A stretch of DNA of 64,000 nucleotides from Oscillospiraceae bacterium (GTDB lineage: Bacteria > Bacillota > Clostridia > Oscillospirales > QAMX01), in assembly GCA_015067825.1 (NCBI GenBank), contig SVLQ01000001.1, forward strand, positions 12,485-76,484, given 5' to 3'. This document shows positions 43,925-55,023 of this stretch, one piece after another; the first letter of the stretch is position 1, and every line of letters begins with the position of its first letter. The position numbers and the translations under genes are program-made. The notes below the pieces were generated by a model. The model saw only the letters and a program-made list of their open reading frames with translations, was not told the origin of the DNA and did no database searches.

Positions 43925-45673
43925 ATGGATAATATCAATGTCAAAATCAACGGCAAGGATTATTCGGTTCCGAAGGGAATTACGATCCTTGAAGCCGCCC
44001 GTATGGTCGGTATCGACATTCCGACCCTCTGCTACCTGAAGGATATCAACGCGATCGGCGCCTGCCGTATCTGTGTTGTTGAAGTGAAGGGTGCGCGCAG
44101 CCTCGTCGCTGCCTGCGTTTACCCGATCGACCGCGACGGTACCGAAATCTGGACCAACAGCCCGGCCGTTATCGAAGCCCGCAAGACCACGCTCGAACTC
44201 ATCCTTTCCAACCACAGAAGAAACTGCCTGTCCTGCGTCCGCAGCGGCAACTGCGAACTGCAGAAGCTCTGCAACGACTACGGCATCGAAAACGAAACCC
44301 GCTTTGAAGGCGCGAAGACCCCGTCGGAAATCGACTGCTCCGCGACCCATATGTACCGCGACAACAGCAAGTGCATCCTCTGCCGTCGCTGTGTTGCCGT
44401 CTGCGATAAGCTTCAGTCCGTCGCCGTCATCGGCGCCAACGACCGTGGCTTCCGCACCCACATCGGTTCCGCGTTTGAAGCGGGCCTCGGCGAAGTTCCG
44501 TGCGTCTCCTGCGGCCAGTGCATCAACGTCTGCCCGGTCGGCGCTCTCTCCGAACGCGACGACACCCAGAAGGTCATCGACGCTCTGAACGATCCGACCA
44601 AGCACGTCGTTGTCCAGACCGCTCCGTCGATCCGCGTTGCCCTCGGCGACGAATTCGGCATGCCGGTCGGCACGATCGTTACCGGTAAGATGGTCGCTGC
44701 GCTCAAGATGCTCGGCTTCGACGGCGTGTTCGACACCAACTTCACCGCTGACCTTACCATCATGGAAGAAGCGACCGAATTCCTCGATCGTTACTCCAAG
44801 AAAGAAAACCTCCCGCTGATCACGTCCTGCTCGCCCGGCTGGATCAAATTCGCCGAGCACTACTATCCGGATATGATCCCCAACATCTCCAGCTGCAAAT
44901 CGCCGCAGGGTATGTTCGGTGCGGTCGCCAAGACCTACTACGCCGAAAAGAAGGGCATCGATCCGAAGGACATCGTCGTCGTCAGCATCATGCCGTGCAC
45001 GGCCAAGAAGTTCGAAGCCGAACGCATGGATCACACCGCCGTTAAAGGCCTGGCCGACATCGACGTCGTTCTCACGACCCGTGAACTTGCCCGCCTGATC
45101 AAGAAGCAGGGCATCATCTTCAACGCTCTGCCGGATGCCGAATTCGACTATCCGTTTGGTCTCGGCAGCGGCGCCGGCACCATCTTTGGCGCCACCGGCG
45201 GCGTTATGGAAGCTGCGCTCCGTACCGCGGCGGAAGTCGTCACCGGCGAAACCCTTGAAAAGGTCGAATTCGAAGCCGTCCGCGGCGTCGAAGGCATCAA
45301 AGAAGCGACCTACACGCTGGCTGGCAACGAAATCAAGGTTGCTGTCGCGTCCGGTCTTTCCAACGCCAGAAAGCTGCTTGAAATGGTTCGCTCCGGCGAA
45401 AAACACTATGATTTCATCGAAATCATGGCTTGCCCGGGCGGCTGTGTCAACGGCGGCGGTCAGCCGATCCTTCCGGCTTCCTACAGAAACTTCAACGACG
45501 TCCGCGCTATCCGCGCTGCGGCTCTCTATGCCGACGACCAGCAGCTGCCGGTCCGCAAATCGCACGAGAACCCGGATGTCAAGCGCATCTACGAAGAATA
45601 CTTCGAGAAACCGGGCAGCCACAAGGCGCACGACGTCCTGCACACCGGCTACACCGCTCGTCCGAAGTACTAA
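43925..45673 (+). CDS. hydA: [FeFe]-hydrogenase catalytic subunit (HydA, M3-type)
   Basis: N-terminal 2Fe-2S and F-cluster Cys motifs. H-cluster motifs TSCSPGW, MPCTAKKFE, EIMACPGGCVNGGGQP. Confidence 0.9.
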   Translation: MDNINVKINGKDYSVPKGITILEAARMVGIDIPTLCYLKDINAIGACRICVVEVKGARSLVAACVYPIDRDGTEIWTNSPAVIEARKTTLELILSNHRRNCLSCVRSGNCELQKLCNDYGIENETRFEGAKTPSEIDCSATHMYRDNSKCILCRRCVAVCDKLQSVAVIGANDRGFRTHIGSAFEAGLGEVPCVSCGQCINVCPVGALSERDDTQKVIDALNDPTKHVVVQTAPSIRVALGDEFGMPVGTIVTGKMVAALKMLGFDGVFDTNFTADLTIMEEATEFLDRYSKKENLPLITSCSPGWIKFAEHYYPDMIPNISSCKSPQGMFGAVAKTYYAEKKGIDPKDIVVVSIMPCTAKKFEAERMDHTAVKGLADIDVVLTTRELARLIKKQGIIFNALPDAEFDYPFGLGSGAGTIFGATGGVMEAALRTAAEVVTGETLEKVEFEAVRGVEGIKEATYTLAGNEIKVAVASGLSNARKLLEMVRSGEKHYDFIEIMACPGGCVNGGGQPILPASYRNFNDVRAIRAAALYADDQQLPVRKSHENPDVKRIYEEYFEKPGSHKAHDVLHTGYTARPKY

Positions 45674-45705
45674 TTCCGGTCGCGCAAACGTTTCTAACGT
45701 ATCCC

Positions 45706-45745
45706 AAAAGCCTGCAGAGAGTTTTCTCTGCAGGCTTTTTTCTTC
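45706..45745 (+). terminator. rho-independent terminator after hydA
   Basis: 15-bp stem AAAAGCCTGCAGAGA / TCTCTGCAGGCTTTT, loop GTTT, T-rich tail. Confidence 0.85.
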
Positions 45746-45764
45746 TTTTGTAACCAAACTGTTT

Positions 45765-45786
45765 CCGTCCTGTAACCGTCCTGTAA
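45765..45786 (+). repeat. perfect tandem duplication of an 11-bp unit abutting a -35 box
   Basis: CCGTCCTGTAA CCGTCCTGTAA (45765-75, 45776-86). Confidence 0.9.
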
Positions 45787-45815
45787 TCGACATTTTAGGT
45801 AAAATACGATATAAT
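45787..45815 (+). promoter_or_regulatory. candidate sigma-70 promoter of the lipoprotein gene
   Basis: TCGACA (45787-92), 17 nt, TATAAT (45810-15). Confidence 0.5.
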
Positions 45816-45864
45816 AAACGTGTAAACGAACAAACCACCACCGAAATGATAAGGAGGACAACTT

Positions 45865-47037
45865 ATGAAACGCTTTGTTCCGCTTCTTCTTACTCTCTTG
45901 ATGATGGCGGCTTGCTCTGCACCTCAGACGCCGGATGCGACCGAATCCACAACGATTGCAACAACCAATGCGACGGTACAGACGACAGCGGCATCCGTAA
46001 CGACTGCCGCGACAACTACCGCAACTTCCCAAATAACGATGGCAACCACCACAGTGACCACGACACCGGCTGCGACAGAGGTAACGACAGAACCTCTTCC
46101 AACGTATTCTCTGCCGCTGTCTGCGGAGGATGCGGCGGCGCTGGTTTTACAAACGGTTCCGAATTGGATTGTGAAAGACGTCGTTACGGCAGGGAAGTAC
46201 TATTATGTCTTGGCGCAGGATACGGTACCTCTCACCGCGATGGAGTGTGAGACTTGTTCTGTTTGGATACAGCCTGTCGTAATAGAAACCGGAAAACTTT
46301 GTCAGATTCCGCAACCGTTCGAAAAACTATCGATTGCATACTATGGTGTAGACGGTGATGAACTGATTGTGTGGCAGCATTCCGTAAATTCATACTACGA
46401 GGGCGCTAAAGAATTGCCTCGATATGGTAAGCTCTATGTCAGAGAACAGTATGGCGCTCCCACTTTGATGCTGCAAAACTGCGTCAACGAGTATAGCGCT
46501 TTTGATTTCTCGTGGATTCCTATTGAATATTCAAATGACTACGGATATCCGCTGTGGCGCACGGAGGATGATTTGCCGGTCGGCATTCTCTACGATTGCA
46601 ATGCCGGGTACGACGATCTGTCCCTCTGCTTTGGTTATGATGCAGATATGATGCCGGGGGATGAACGGCCGAAAGTTCCCCTGATGTCGATAGACTACGA
46701 GAATGGCATGATGACACTGACGTTTGATGAATTACAGAATCGAATTGTATCGGACGGTGATCTTGGACTTTCCAACCGTTTTATCGAGTCTGTTTCTTAT
46801 AAAACTGTCGGCGATGGTGCAGTGATTACACTGAAGCTGACAGAGGAAGCGCAGTTCTATACCGTCGATTTGCGAATGGTGCGTAACTCGGACGCGGAAC
46901 AGGAAAAACACGAGAAATATCAACAGGAGTCCTATGAGCTTGGCAACTACTGTATGCTCTTTAGCCTTCGGTTTGTCCACGACTGCTCGTACCAAAGTTT
47001 CCCGGCGGAGATGATCCAGTTCTGTACAGCTGAATAG
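45865..47037 (+). CDS. hypothetical lipoprotein with Thr-rich linker
   Basis: Signal peptide with MAAC lipobox; AAGGAGG RBS; C-terminal ~310-aa domain not recognised. Confidence 0.55.
   Translation: MKRFVPLLLTLLMMAACSAPQTPDATESTTIATTNATVQTTAASVTTAATTTATSQITMATTTVTTTPAATEVTTEPLPTYSLPLSAEDAAALVLQTVPNWIVKDVVTAGKYYYVLAQDTVPLTAMECETCSVWIQPVVIETGKLCQIPQPFEKLSIAYYGVDGDELIVWQHSVNSYYEGAKELPRYGKLYVREQYGAPTLMLQNCVNEYSAFDFSWIPIEYSNDYGYPLWRTEDDLPVGILYDCNAGYDDLSLCFGYDADMMPGDERPKVPLMSIDYENGMMTLTFDELQNRIVSDGDLGLSNRFIESVSYKTVGDGAVITLKLTEEAQFYTVDLRMVRNSDAEQEKHEKYQQESYELGNYCMLFSLRFVHDCSYQSFPAEMIQFCTAE
45916..46095 (+). repeat. low-complexity Thr/Ala-rich linker coding region
   Basis: ESTTIATTNATVQTTAASVTTAATTTATSQITMATTTVTTTPAATEVTTEP. 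Confidence 0.8.
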
Positions 47038-47043
47038 TATACG

Positions 47044-47082
47044 GCGCACAGGAACGTATTACGTTTCTGTGCGCTTCCTTTT
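47044..47082 (+). terminator. rho-independent terminator after the lipoprotein gene
   Basis: 14-bp stem GCGCACAGGAACGT / ACGTTTCTGTGCGC (one G-U pair), loop ATT, then TTCCTTTT. Confidence 0.7.
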
Positions 47083-47083
47083 G

Positions 47084-47112
47084 GCATATTTCGGAAAGCC
47101 CGGCCATATGCT
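47084..47112 (+). promoter_or_regulatory. candidate sigma-E-type promoter of spoIIID
   Basis: GCATATT (47084-90), 14 nt, CATATGCT (47105-12), compared with sigma-E consensus ATATT-N14-CATACA-T. spoIIID is sigma-E dependent in Bacillus. Confidence 0.4.
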
Positions 47113-47141
47113 TTACCAAACGGCGCGTATGGAGGGATTTT

Positions 47142-47405
47142 GTGTTTGAATATCTCGAAGATCGTGTGGCTGCGTTTGCGCGCTACATCGTGGAGAACAA
47201 TACGACGGTGCGGCAAACGGCCGCGCATTTCGGTATATCCAAATCAACGGTACACAAAGACGTGACTGAACGGATTACCATGCTGAACCCACCACTCGCC
47301 GAGGCGGTACGCGGTGTTCTGGAAAAAAACAAAGCCGAGCGCCATATCCGCGGGGGACAGGCGACAAAAGAAAAATACAGGATTTTGCAAAATTACATTG
47401 TTTAG
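47142..47405 (+). CDS. spoIIID: sporulation transcriptional regulator SpoIIID
   Basis: GTG start 5 nt after GGAGGG. RVAAFARYIVENNTTVRQTAAHFGISKSTVHKDVTERI HTH. Confidence 0.85.
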   Translation: MFEYLEDRVAAFARYIVENNTTVRQTAAHFGISKSTVHKDVTERITMLNPPLAEAVRGVLEKNKAERHIRGGQATKEKYRILQNYIV

Positions 47406-47430
47406 ACTTTAAAAGTGATACGATTGTAAC

Positions 47431-47496
47431 CAAAACGAGTTGTCTTGCCGTATGACTGCGGGAATGGCAACTCGTTTTGTTTTGTTGTGTTTTTTA
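47431..47496 (+). terminator. rho-independent terminator after spoIIID
   Basis: Stem CAAAACGAGTTG / CAACTCGTTTTG followed by TTTTGTTGTGTTTTTT. Confidence 0.7.
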
Positions 47497-47589
47497 AATT
47501 TCATAAAACGCAAAAAACAAAAATATTAGCAAAGAACCGGCAAAGATTTTCCGCAAACAAAAATGATTTACAGAAAAACGGGAAATGGG

Positions 47590-47618
47590 TTGACATCCGA
47601 AACGATTTTTGATAAAAT
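47590..47618 (+). promoter_or_regulatory. candidate sigma-70 promoter of the atp operon
   Basis: TTGACA (47590-95), 17 nt, TAAAAT (47613-18); A-rich upstream region. Confidence 0.6.
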
Positions 47619-47729
47619 ATCCAATGATTGGTGTTGTGGTCAAAGTATGCCGATTTGTCTGTAAAACCTTTGACACCAGATCAATCAAGGCGCTTAAACG
47701 GTAGACAACAAACGCAAAGGATGGTAGCC

Positions 47730-47987
47730 ATGAAGGATCTGACCTTACTGACTTGGTTGACCCAATTGGGTCTCTCCGTTGCTCTTCCTTTGTTCGGATT
47801 TGTCGGTTTTGCGGTTTGGTTGTATTCCAGCCAAGGTTGGGGGCTTTGGGTCATTTTCTGTGGAATTGCGCTTGGTTTGATCTGCTCGATCAATGGTCTG
47901 CGGTATTCCCTGAAAGCGATGGAACGCATGGTCAAGGACAAGCCCGAAGAGGGGCCGCCACCGGTGTTCTACAACGACCACGATTGA
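47730..47987 (+). CDS. AtpZ/AtpI-family small membrane protein
   Basis: ORF track 47628..47987; start moved to ATG 47730 after an AAAGGA RBS. 85 aa, 2 TM helices, first gene of the atp operon. Confidence 0.55.
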   Translation: MKDLTLLTWLTQLGLSVALPLFGFVGFAVWLYSSQGWGLWVIFCGIALGLICSINGLRYSLKAMERMVKDKPEEGPPPVFYNDHD

Positions 47988-48003
47988 TTTTCGGAGGCGG
48001 AAT

Positions 48004-48399
48004 ATGGATTCCCGCAAATTTGTTTTGGTAGAAACCGGTATCATCGCCATTGGTGAAGTGCTCTGCATTGCCGCGATGATGGCGATTTATCTGTTGATTG
48101 GTTACTACGATACGTCCGTACTGCTCGGTGGGATCATCGGCGGTGTGTTGGCGGTCGGTAACTTTTTGTTTATGGCGATCGGTGCCAGCTTGGCAGCCGA
48201 TAAAGCGCTGGCTCAGAATGTGAAAGGCGGCAAAGCGGTAATCCGCAATTCGATGTTGCTGCGTTATTTGGTTATTTTTGTGATTTTGGCAGCATGTGCC
48301 AAGAGCGGTCTCTGTGACGCGATTGCATTGGTTATTCCATTGATTTTTGTTCGTCCGATCATGATGATCAGTGAGTTTTTTCGCAAGAAAGGGGACTAA
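48004..48399 (+). CDS. atpI: ATP synthase protein I
   Basis: 131 aa, 4 hydrophobic segments, immediately upstream of atpB. Confidence 0.65.
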   Translation: MDSRKFVLVETGIIAIGEVLCIAAMMAIYLLIGYYDTSVLLGGIIGGVLAVGNFLFMAIGASLAADKALAQNVKGGKAVIRNSMLLRYLVIFVILAACAKSGLCDAIALVIPLIFVRPIMMISEFFRKKGD

Positions 48400-48402
48400 C
48401 TT

Positions 48403-49299
48403 GTGAATATTGAAGTAAACGGACCTTATATTTATTTTCAAATTCCCATTTTCGGGGGTATCAATGTAACGCAAACGATGCTTTCGTTACTGGTGATTAC
48501 GATTTTACTTTCGATTGCAGCGTATTTTCTTGGTCGTAATTTGAAAACACGCCCCGGAAAGCTTCAGGTTTTGACCGAAAAAGGCGTGAATATGCTTCGC
48601 GGTATGGTTGTGGACACCATGGGCGCACACAATGTTCACTGGACACCGTATATCGGTACGATTTTTCTGTCGTCGATCTGCGGTTCGTTGATCGGAATCA
48701 CCGGTTTTTTACGCTCGACGACCGCTGACCTAAGTGTGCCGATGACATGGGCCATCTTGACGACTGCAATCATTTGGTACAATTCCATCAAGCGCAACGG
48801 CTTTTTGAAATGGCTCAAAGGTTTTACCGAGCCGACTGCTGTTATGACGCCAATGAACATCATTTCTGAAATCGCACAGCCTGTTTCGATGGCTTTCCGT
48901 CACTTCGGTAACGTTGTCGGCGGTGGTGTTATTACCAGTATTCTCTACACAGCCCTCGGTCTCGGTTCGGCTGCCTTGATGCGCGTGCTGTCCGGAACGA
49001 TCGTGATCCCGATTATTGTTGCGTTGTTGGGTGTGCTGTTGTTTGTTTTTGGCAAAAAAACCAATAAGGTATTCCGCTGGATCGTCGGGATCGTATTTTT
49101 TGTACTTGGTGTTTGCGGCGGTTTGGTCTATCTCAATGTATTTACGGAACTGCCGATCCTGCAATTTGGTATCCCGGCAGTATTGTCACTTTATTTTGAT
49201 TTGTTCTCTGGTTTTGTTCAGGCTTTTGTGTTCAGCCTGCTGAGCATGATTTATATTGCGGGTGCTTGTCCGCCGCCGGAAGGTGAAAATCAACAGTAA
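48403..49299 (+). CDS. atpB: F0 subunit a, unusually long (298 aa)
   Basis: GTG start. Conserved Arg block SMAFRHFGNVVGG and terminal-helix block FSGFVQAFVFSLLSMIYI. Confidence 0.85.
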   Translation: MNIEVNGPYIYFQIPIFGGINVTQTMLSLLVITILLSIAAYFLGRNLKTRPGKLQVLTEKGVNMLRGMVVDTMGAHNVHWTPYIGTIFLSSICGSLIGITGFLRSTTADLSVPMTWAILTTAIIWYNSIKRNGFLKWLKGFTEPTAVMTPMNIISEIAQPVSMAFRHFGNVVGGGVITSILYTALGLGSAALMRVLSGTIVIPIIVALLGVLLFVFGKKTNKVFRWIVGIVFFVLGVCGGLVYLNVFTELPILQFGIPAVLSLYFDLFSGFVQAFVFSLLSMIYIAGACPPPEGENQQ

Positions 49300-49348
49300 T
49301 TTACGTGTCCTATTGCAAAATATGAATATACACCATTCTGATTTTTAG

Positions 49349-49603
<255 letters not shown>

Positions 49604-49642
49604 ACGAAACCTTTACCATTTTAACGGAAAGGATCCAGTATC

Positions 49643-50146
49643 ATGGGATTTGAAGCAATGCTGGGTGTAAACCCCTGGACTGCCCTGTTTACCCTGGCCA
49701 ATACGGTTGCGTTGTTTCTGGTCATGAAAAAATTTCTGTTTGTCCCGGTCATGAAAATGATCGATGCACGTCAAGCGGAAATTGACGGTATGTATGCCGA
49801 TGCCGGAAAAGCAAAATCGGATGCTGAAGCGCTGCAGTCTGAGTATCAGGAAAAACTTTCTGCCGCTCAGGCAATGTCGGAACGTCTTGTGAAAGAAGCG
49901 GTGGCCCGTGGCCAAAGCCGTGAAGAAGAGATCATCCGCCAAGCGAGTGCGGAAGCCTCTGCGATCATGGATAAGGCGCAGGCCGACATCGCCAGGGAAA
50001 AGAAAAAGGCGATGAATGACGCGAAAAACGAGATCTCGTCGATGGCAGTTGCGATCGCCGAAAAGGTCGTTGAGCGCGAACTCAACGCCGGCGATCAGTC
50101 GGCACTCGTTGACCGTTTTATCGACGAATTGGGTGGCAACGTATGA
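49643..50146 (+). CDS. atpF: F0 subunit b
   Basis: Single N-terminal TM followed by a long charged helix; operon position. Confidence 0.85.
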   Translation: MGFEAMLGVNPWTALFTLANTVALFLVMKKFLFVPVMKMIDARQAEIDGMYADAGKAKSDAEALQSEYQEKLSAAQAMSERLVKEAVARGQSREEEIIRQASAEASAIMDKAQADIAREKKKAMNDAKNEISSMAVAIAEKVVERELNAGDQSALVDRFIDELGGNV

Positions 50147-50682
50147 CCCGGATCGGCAGTATTTACGGAGAGGCGCTATACGGTCTTGCAAAAGAAGACG
50201 GTGTTGCCGACCGCATCCTGGCGGAACTGAAGGTTCTTGACGAATCTTTTTCCGCAGAGCCGGGCTTTGTTCGCTTGCTCTCCGCACCGAATCTTCCGAA
50301 GGAAGAGCGGTGCAAGATCGTCGACGACAGCTTTGCCGGAAAACTCCACACGCATTTGCTCAGCTTTATGAAAATCCTCACAGAGAAGGGGTATATGCGT
50401 CAATTTTCCGATTGTTGTGCGGCGTATCGTGCGCTCTACAACGATGACAACGGCATTCTGCCCGTCAAGGCGTTCACAGCCGTTCCGATGACGGCGGAGC
50501 AAACTGCAAAGCTCAGCGAAAAGCTGGCCGGCATTACCGGCAAGAAGATCGAACTGCAGAACAAGATCGATCCGGCGTGTATCGGCGGTGTGCGCCTCGA
50601 CTACGATGGCAAACGCGTGGATGATACCGTTCGCCATCGTTTGGATGCGGTACACAACTTGCTGAAAAACACCGTACTCTGA
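50143..50682 (+). CDS. atpH: F1 subunit delta
   Basis: ATGA overlap with atpF; OSCP-like pattern (YGEALYGLA ... IGGVRL). Confidence 0.85.
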   Translation: MTRIGSIYGEALYGLAKEDGVADRILAELKVLDESFSAEPGFVRLLSAPNLPKEERCKIVDDSFAGKLHTHLLSFMKILTEKGYMRQFSDCCAAYRALYNDDNGILPVKAFTAVPMTAEQTAKLSEKLAGITGKKIELQNKIDPACIGGVRLDYDGKRVDDTVRHRLDAVHNLLKNTVL

Positions 50683-50702
50683 TTGGAGAAAGCAGGGACA
50701 GT

Positions 50703-52217
50703 ATGGAATTAAGACCCGAAGAAATTACAAAGATTATTCGCAGTCAAATTAAAAACTATGAAAATAAATTAGAAACCAGCGAGACCGGTGTCGTCATCCT
50801 TGTCGGCGACGGTATTGCCAAGGTCTCCGGCTTGGATCAGTGCATGGCCGGCGAACTGGTGGAATTCCCCAACGGTTCGTTCGGTATGGCCCAGAACCTC
50901 GAAGAAGACACGGTTTCTGTCGTTATCCTCGGTACCGACAACGGTATCAAAGAAGGCGACACCGTCAAGCGCACGGGCCGCGTTGTTTCCGTTCCGGTCG
51001 GCGAAGGCATGATCGGCCGTGTTGTCAACGCGCTCGGTGAGCCGGTTGACGGCAAAGGTGCGATCGAAGCCGCCGCATATATGCCGATCGAAGCGCCCGC
51101 ACCGGGCATCATCGACCGTCAGCACGTCAGCGTGCCGCTGCAGACCGGTATTAAGGCCATCGACTCGATGATCCCCATCGGCCGCGGCCAGCGTGAGCTG
51201 ATCATCGGTGACCGTCAGACCGGTAAAACCACGATCGCCACCGACACGATCCTCAACCAAAAGGGCAAAAACGTTATCTGTATTTACGTCGCGATCGGTC
51301 AGAAACGTTCGACCGTTGCACAGGTCGTGCATAATCTGACGATGGGCGGCGCCATGGACTACACGATCGTTGTCTCGGCCACCGCATCCGAACTCGCGCC
51401 GATGCAGTACATCGCGCCGTACGCCGGTTGTACGATGGGTGAATACTTCATGCATCAGGGCAAAGACGTTCTGGTCATTTACGACGATCTGAGCAAGCAC
51501 GCGGTCGCATACCGCGCGATCTCGCTCCTGATCCGCCGTCCGCCGGGACGCGAAGCGTACCCGGGCGACGTTTTCTACCTGCATTCGAGACTTCTCGAAC
51601 GCGCGGCGAAAATGTCGGACGAGAAAGGCGGCGGCAGCCTGACGGCTCTGCCGATCATCGAAACGCAGGCCGGTGACGTTTCGGCGTATATCCCGACCAA
51701 CGTCATTTCCATCACCGATGGCCAGATCTTCCTCGAATCCGAACTCTTCAACTCCGGTATCATGCCGGCTGTCAACCCGGGTATCTCGGTTTCCCGCGTC
51801 GGCGGCGACGCCCAGATCAAGGCGATGAAGAAGGTTGCCGGTTCGCTGAAACTGCTGTATTCGCAGTACCGCGAGCTGCAGAGCTTTGCGCAGTTCGGCT
51901 CCGATCTCGACGCCGACACGAAGGCTCGTCTGGCGCTCGGCGCCCGTATCGTTGAAGTTCTGAAGCAGAAGAACGAATCGCCTGTAGAAGTTGCGCATCA
52001 GGTCTGTATCCTGTATGCGGTCACGCACGGTTATCTGAACGATATCGAAGTTGCGCAGATCGCAGAGTTTGAGAAGCGCCTGTATGAGTTCATGGATAAC
52101 CGCTATGCTGATATCCTAAATACCATCCGCACCACCGGCAAAATGGAAAAAGAAACCGAAGACGGTCTGAAATCCGCACTCAGTGAACTGCTGACGGAAT
52201 TCACGGTTGCGAAATAA
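50703..52217 (+). CDS. atpA: F1 subunit alpha
   Basis: GDRQTGKTT Walker A; ITDGQIFLE; [14 protein letters not shown]. Confidence 0.95.
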   Translation: MELRPEEITKIIRSQIKNYENKLETSETGVVILVGDGIAKVSGLDQCMAGELVEFPNGSFGMAQNLEEDTVSVVILGTDNGIKEGDTVKRTGRVVSVPVGEGMIGRVVNALGEPVDGKGAIEAAAYMPIEAPAPGIIDRQHVSVPLQTGIKAIDSMIPIGRGQRELIIGDRQTGKTTIATDTILNQKGKNVICIYVAIGQKRSTVAQVVHNLTMGGAMDYTIVVSATASELAPMQYIAPYAGCTMGEYFMHQGKDVLVIYDDLSKHAVAYRAISLLIRRPPGREAYPGDVFYLHSRLLERAAKMSDEKGGGSLTALPIIETQAGDVSAYIPTNVISITDGQIFLESELFNSGIMPAVNPGISVSRVGGDAQIKAMKKVAGSLKLLYSQYRELQSFAQFGSDLDADTKARLALGARIVEVLKQKNESPVEVAHQVCILYAVTHGYLNDIEVAQIAEFEKRLYEFMDNRYADILNTIRTTGKMEKETEDGLKSALSELLTEFTVAK

Positions 52218-52234
52218 AGGGAGGAGGTAGCTGC

Positions 52235-53077
52235 ATGGCAGGTGTTTCCACCAAAGAGATCGCAAACAGGATCCGCAGCATGGAGAGCACCAAACAGATC
52301 ACCAAAGCCATGGAGATGGTTGCTGCCTCCAAGCTCCGCCGCGCGCAGGCGCAGGTTCTGAATTCGCGCCCGTATTTCGAGATTCTTTACTCCACGATCA
52401 ACGATATCGTGGAATCTAACCGCGATTTTTCCTCGCCGTATTTCGCCAACCGTGAAACCAAGCGCACGCTCTTTATCGTGATCGCCGGTGACCGCGGACT
52501 GGCAGGCGGCTATAACAGCAACGTCCTGAAACTGTGCTACGGTGAAATGCAGGGGAAGGATGTTTCCGTACTCCCGATCGGCAAGAAAGCCGTCGATTTC
52601 TTCAAAGCAAGAAAACTTCCGCTTTTGACGGAAAGCTACTACGAAGCGGAGGATGTCTCTGTCGGTGATTGCTTTACGGTTGCAAAGATGCTTTGCAAAG
52701 CGTACAGAGCCGGCGAGTTCGATGAGATCCGCATTGGCTATACCAATTTCGTCTCGGTGCTTTCGCAGACACCGGCGACCATGAAGCTGCTGCCGCTTGA
52801 ACGCGCGGACAACAGCGAGCAGAAGGGGACGTCTGATATTTGCTACGAGCCCGACAGCATCTCTGTGTTTGAGTCGATCATTCCGGAATACCTCGGCGGT
52901 ATCATCTACGGTGCGCTCTGTGAGAGCCGTGCCGCAGAACAGGCTGCCCGCCGGACGGCGATGGATTCGGCAACGCAGAATGCCGAAGAAATGATCGCGG
53001 ATTTAAGCCTGAAGTTCAACCGTGCACGTCAGGCTGCTATTACGCAGGAGATCACGGAAATCGTCGCGGGTGCGTAG
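52235..53077 (+). CDS. atpG: F1 subunit gamma
   Basis: IRSMESTKQITKAMEMVAASKLRRAQ ... ITQEITEIVAGA. Confidence 0.92.
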   Translation: MAGVSTKEIANRIRSMESTKQITKAMEMVAASKLRRAQAQVLNSRPYFEILYSTINDIVESNRDFSSPYFANRETKRTLFIVIAGDRGLAGGYNSNVLKLCYGEMQGKDVSVLPIGKKAVDFFKARKLPLLTESYYEAEDVSVGDCFTVAKMLCKAYRAGEFDEIRIGYTNFVSVLSQTPATMKLLPLERADNSEQKGTSDICYEPDSISVFESIIPEYLGGIIYGALCESRAAEQAARRTAMDSATQNAEEMIADLSLKFNRARQAAITQEITEIVAGA

Positions 53078-53102
53078 CACTCATCTATTCAGAAGGAGTT
53101 GA

Positions 53103-54913
<1,811 letters not shown>

Positions 54914-54916
54914 TCT

Positions 54917-54952
54917 GAAAACACGGTATCCCGATGGATACCGTGTTTTTTC
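54917..54952 (+). terminator. rho-independent terminator of the atp operon
   Basis: Stem AAAACACGGTATCC / GGATACCGTGTTTT, loop CGAT, T-run. Confidence 0.85.
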
Positions 54953-55023
54953 GTATCTAGCGTATAATTTCGTGCTCGTGAGCCATGCTATTAACAGACC
55001 AATCAGAAAGGATCGTGATAGCA

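Noticed and set aside
41651-45841. The longest ORF in the window is a 1396-aa minus-strand ORF antisense to fdx, hydB and hydA.
   Set aside because: It is a shadow frame. The three plus-strand genes all start at coordinates congruent to 2 mod 3 (41738, 42122, 43925). The antisense ORF uses the same codon boundaries, so an antisense stop would require a sense TTA, CTA or TCA codon. The absence of antisense stops only shows that these three codons are never used in about 1300 consecutive sense codons, which indicates strong codon bias in highly expressed genes. The predicted protein is low-complexity (G/D/A/V/R/F-rich) with no motifs, whereas the sense proteins have unmistakable hydrogenase and NuoF motifs.
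45748-47434. The 11-mer TTGTAACCAAA occurs at 45748-58 and 47424-34, flanking the lipoprotein-spoIIID block like target-site duplications.
   Set aside because: By a rough expectation (N squared over 2, divided by 4 to the 11th power), hundreds of chance 11-mer repeats are expected in 64 kb. No integrase or transposase genes and no inverted terminal repeats are present, and spoIIID is a core gene.
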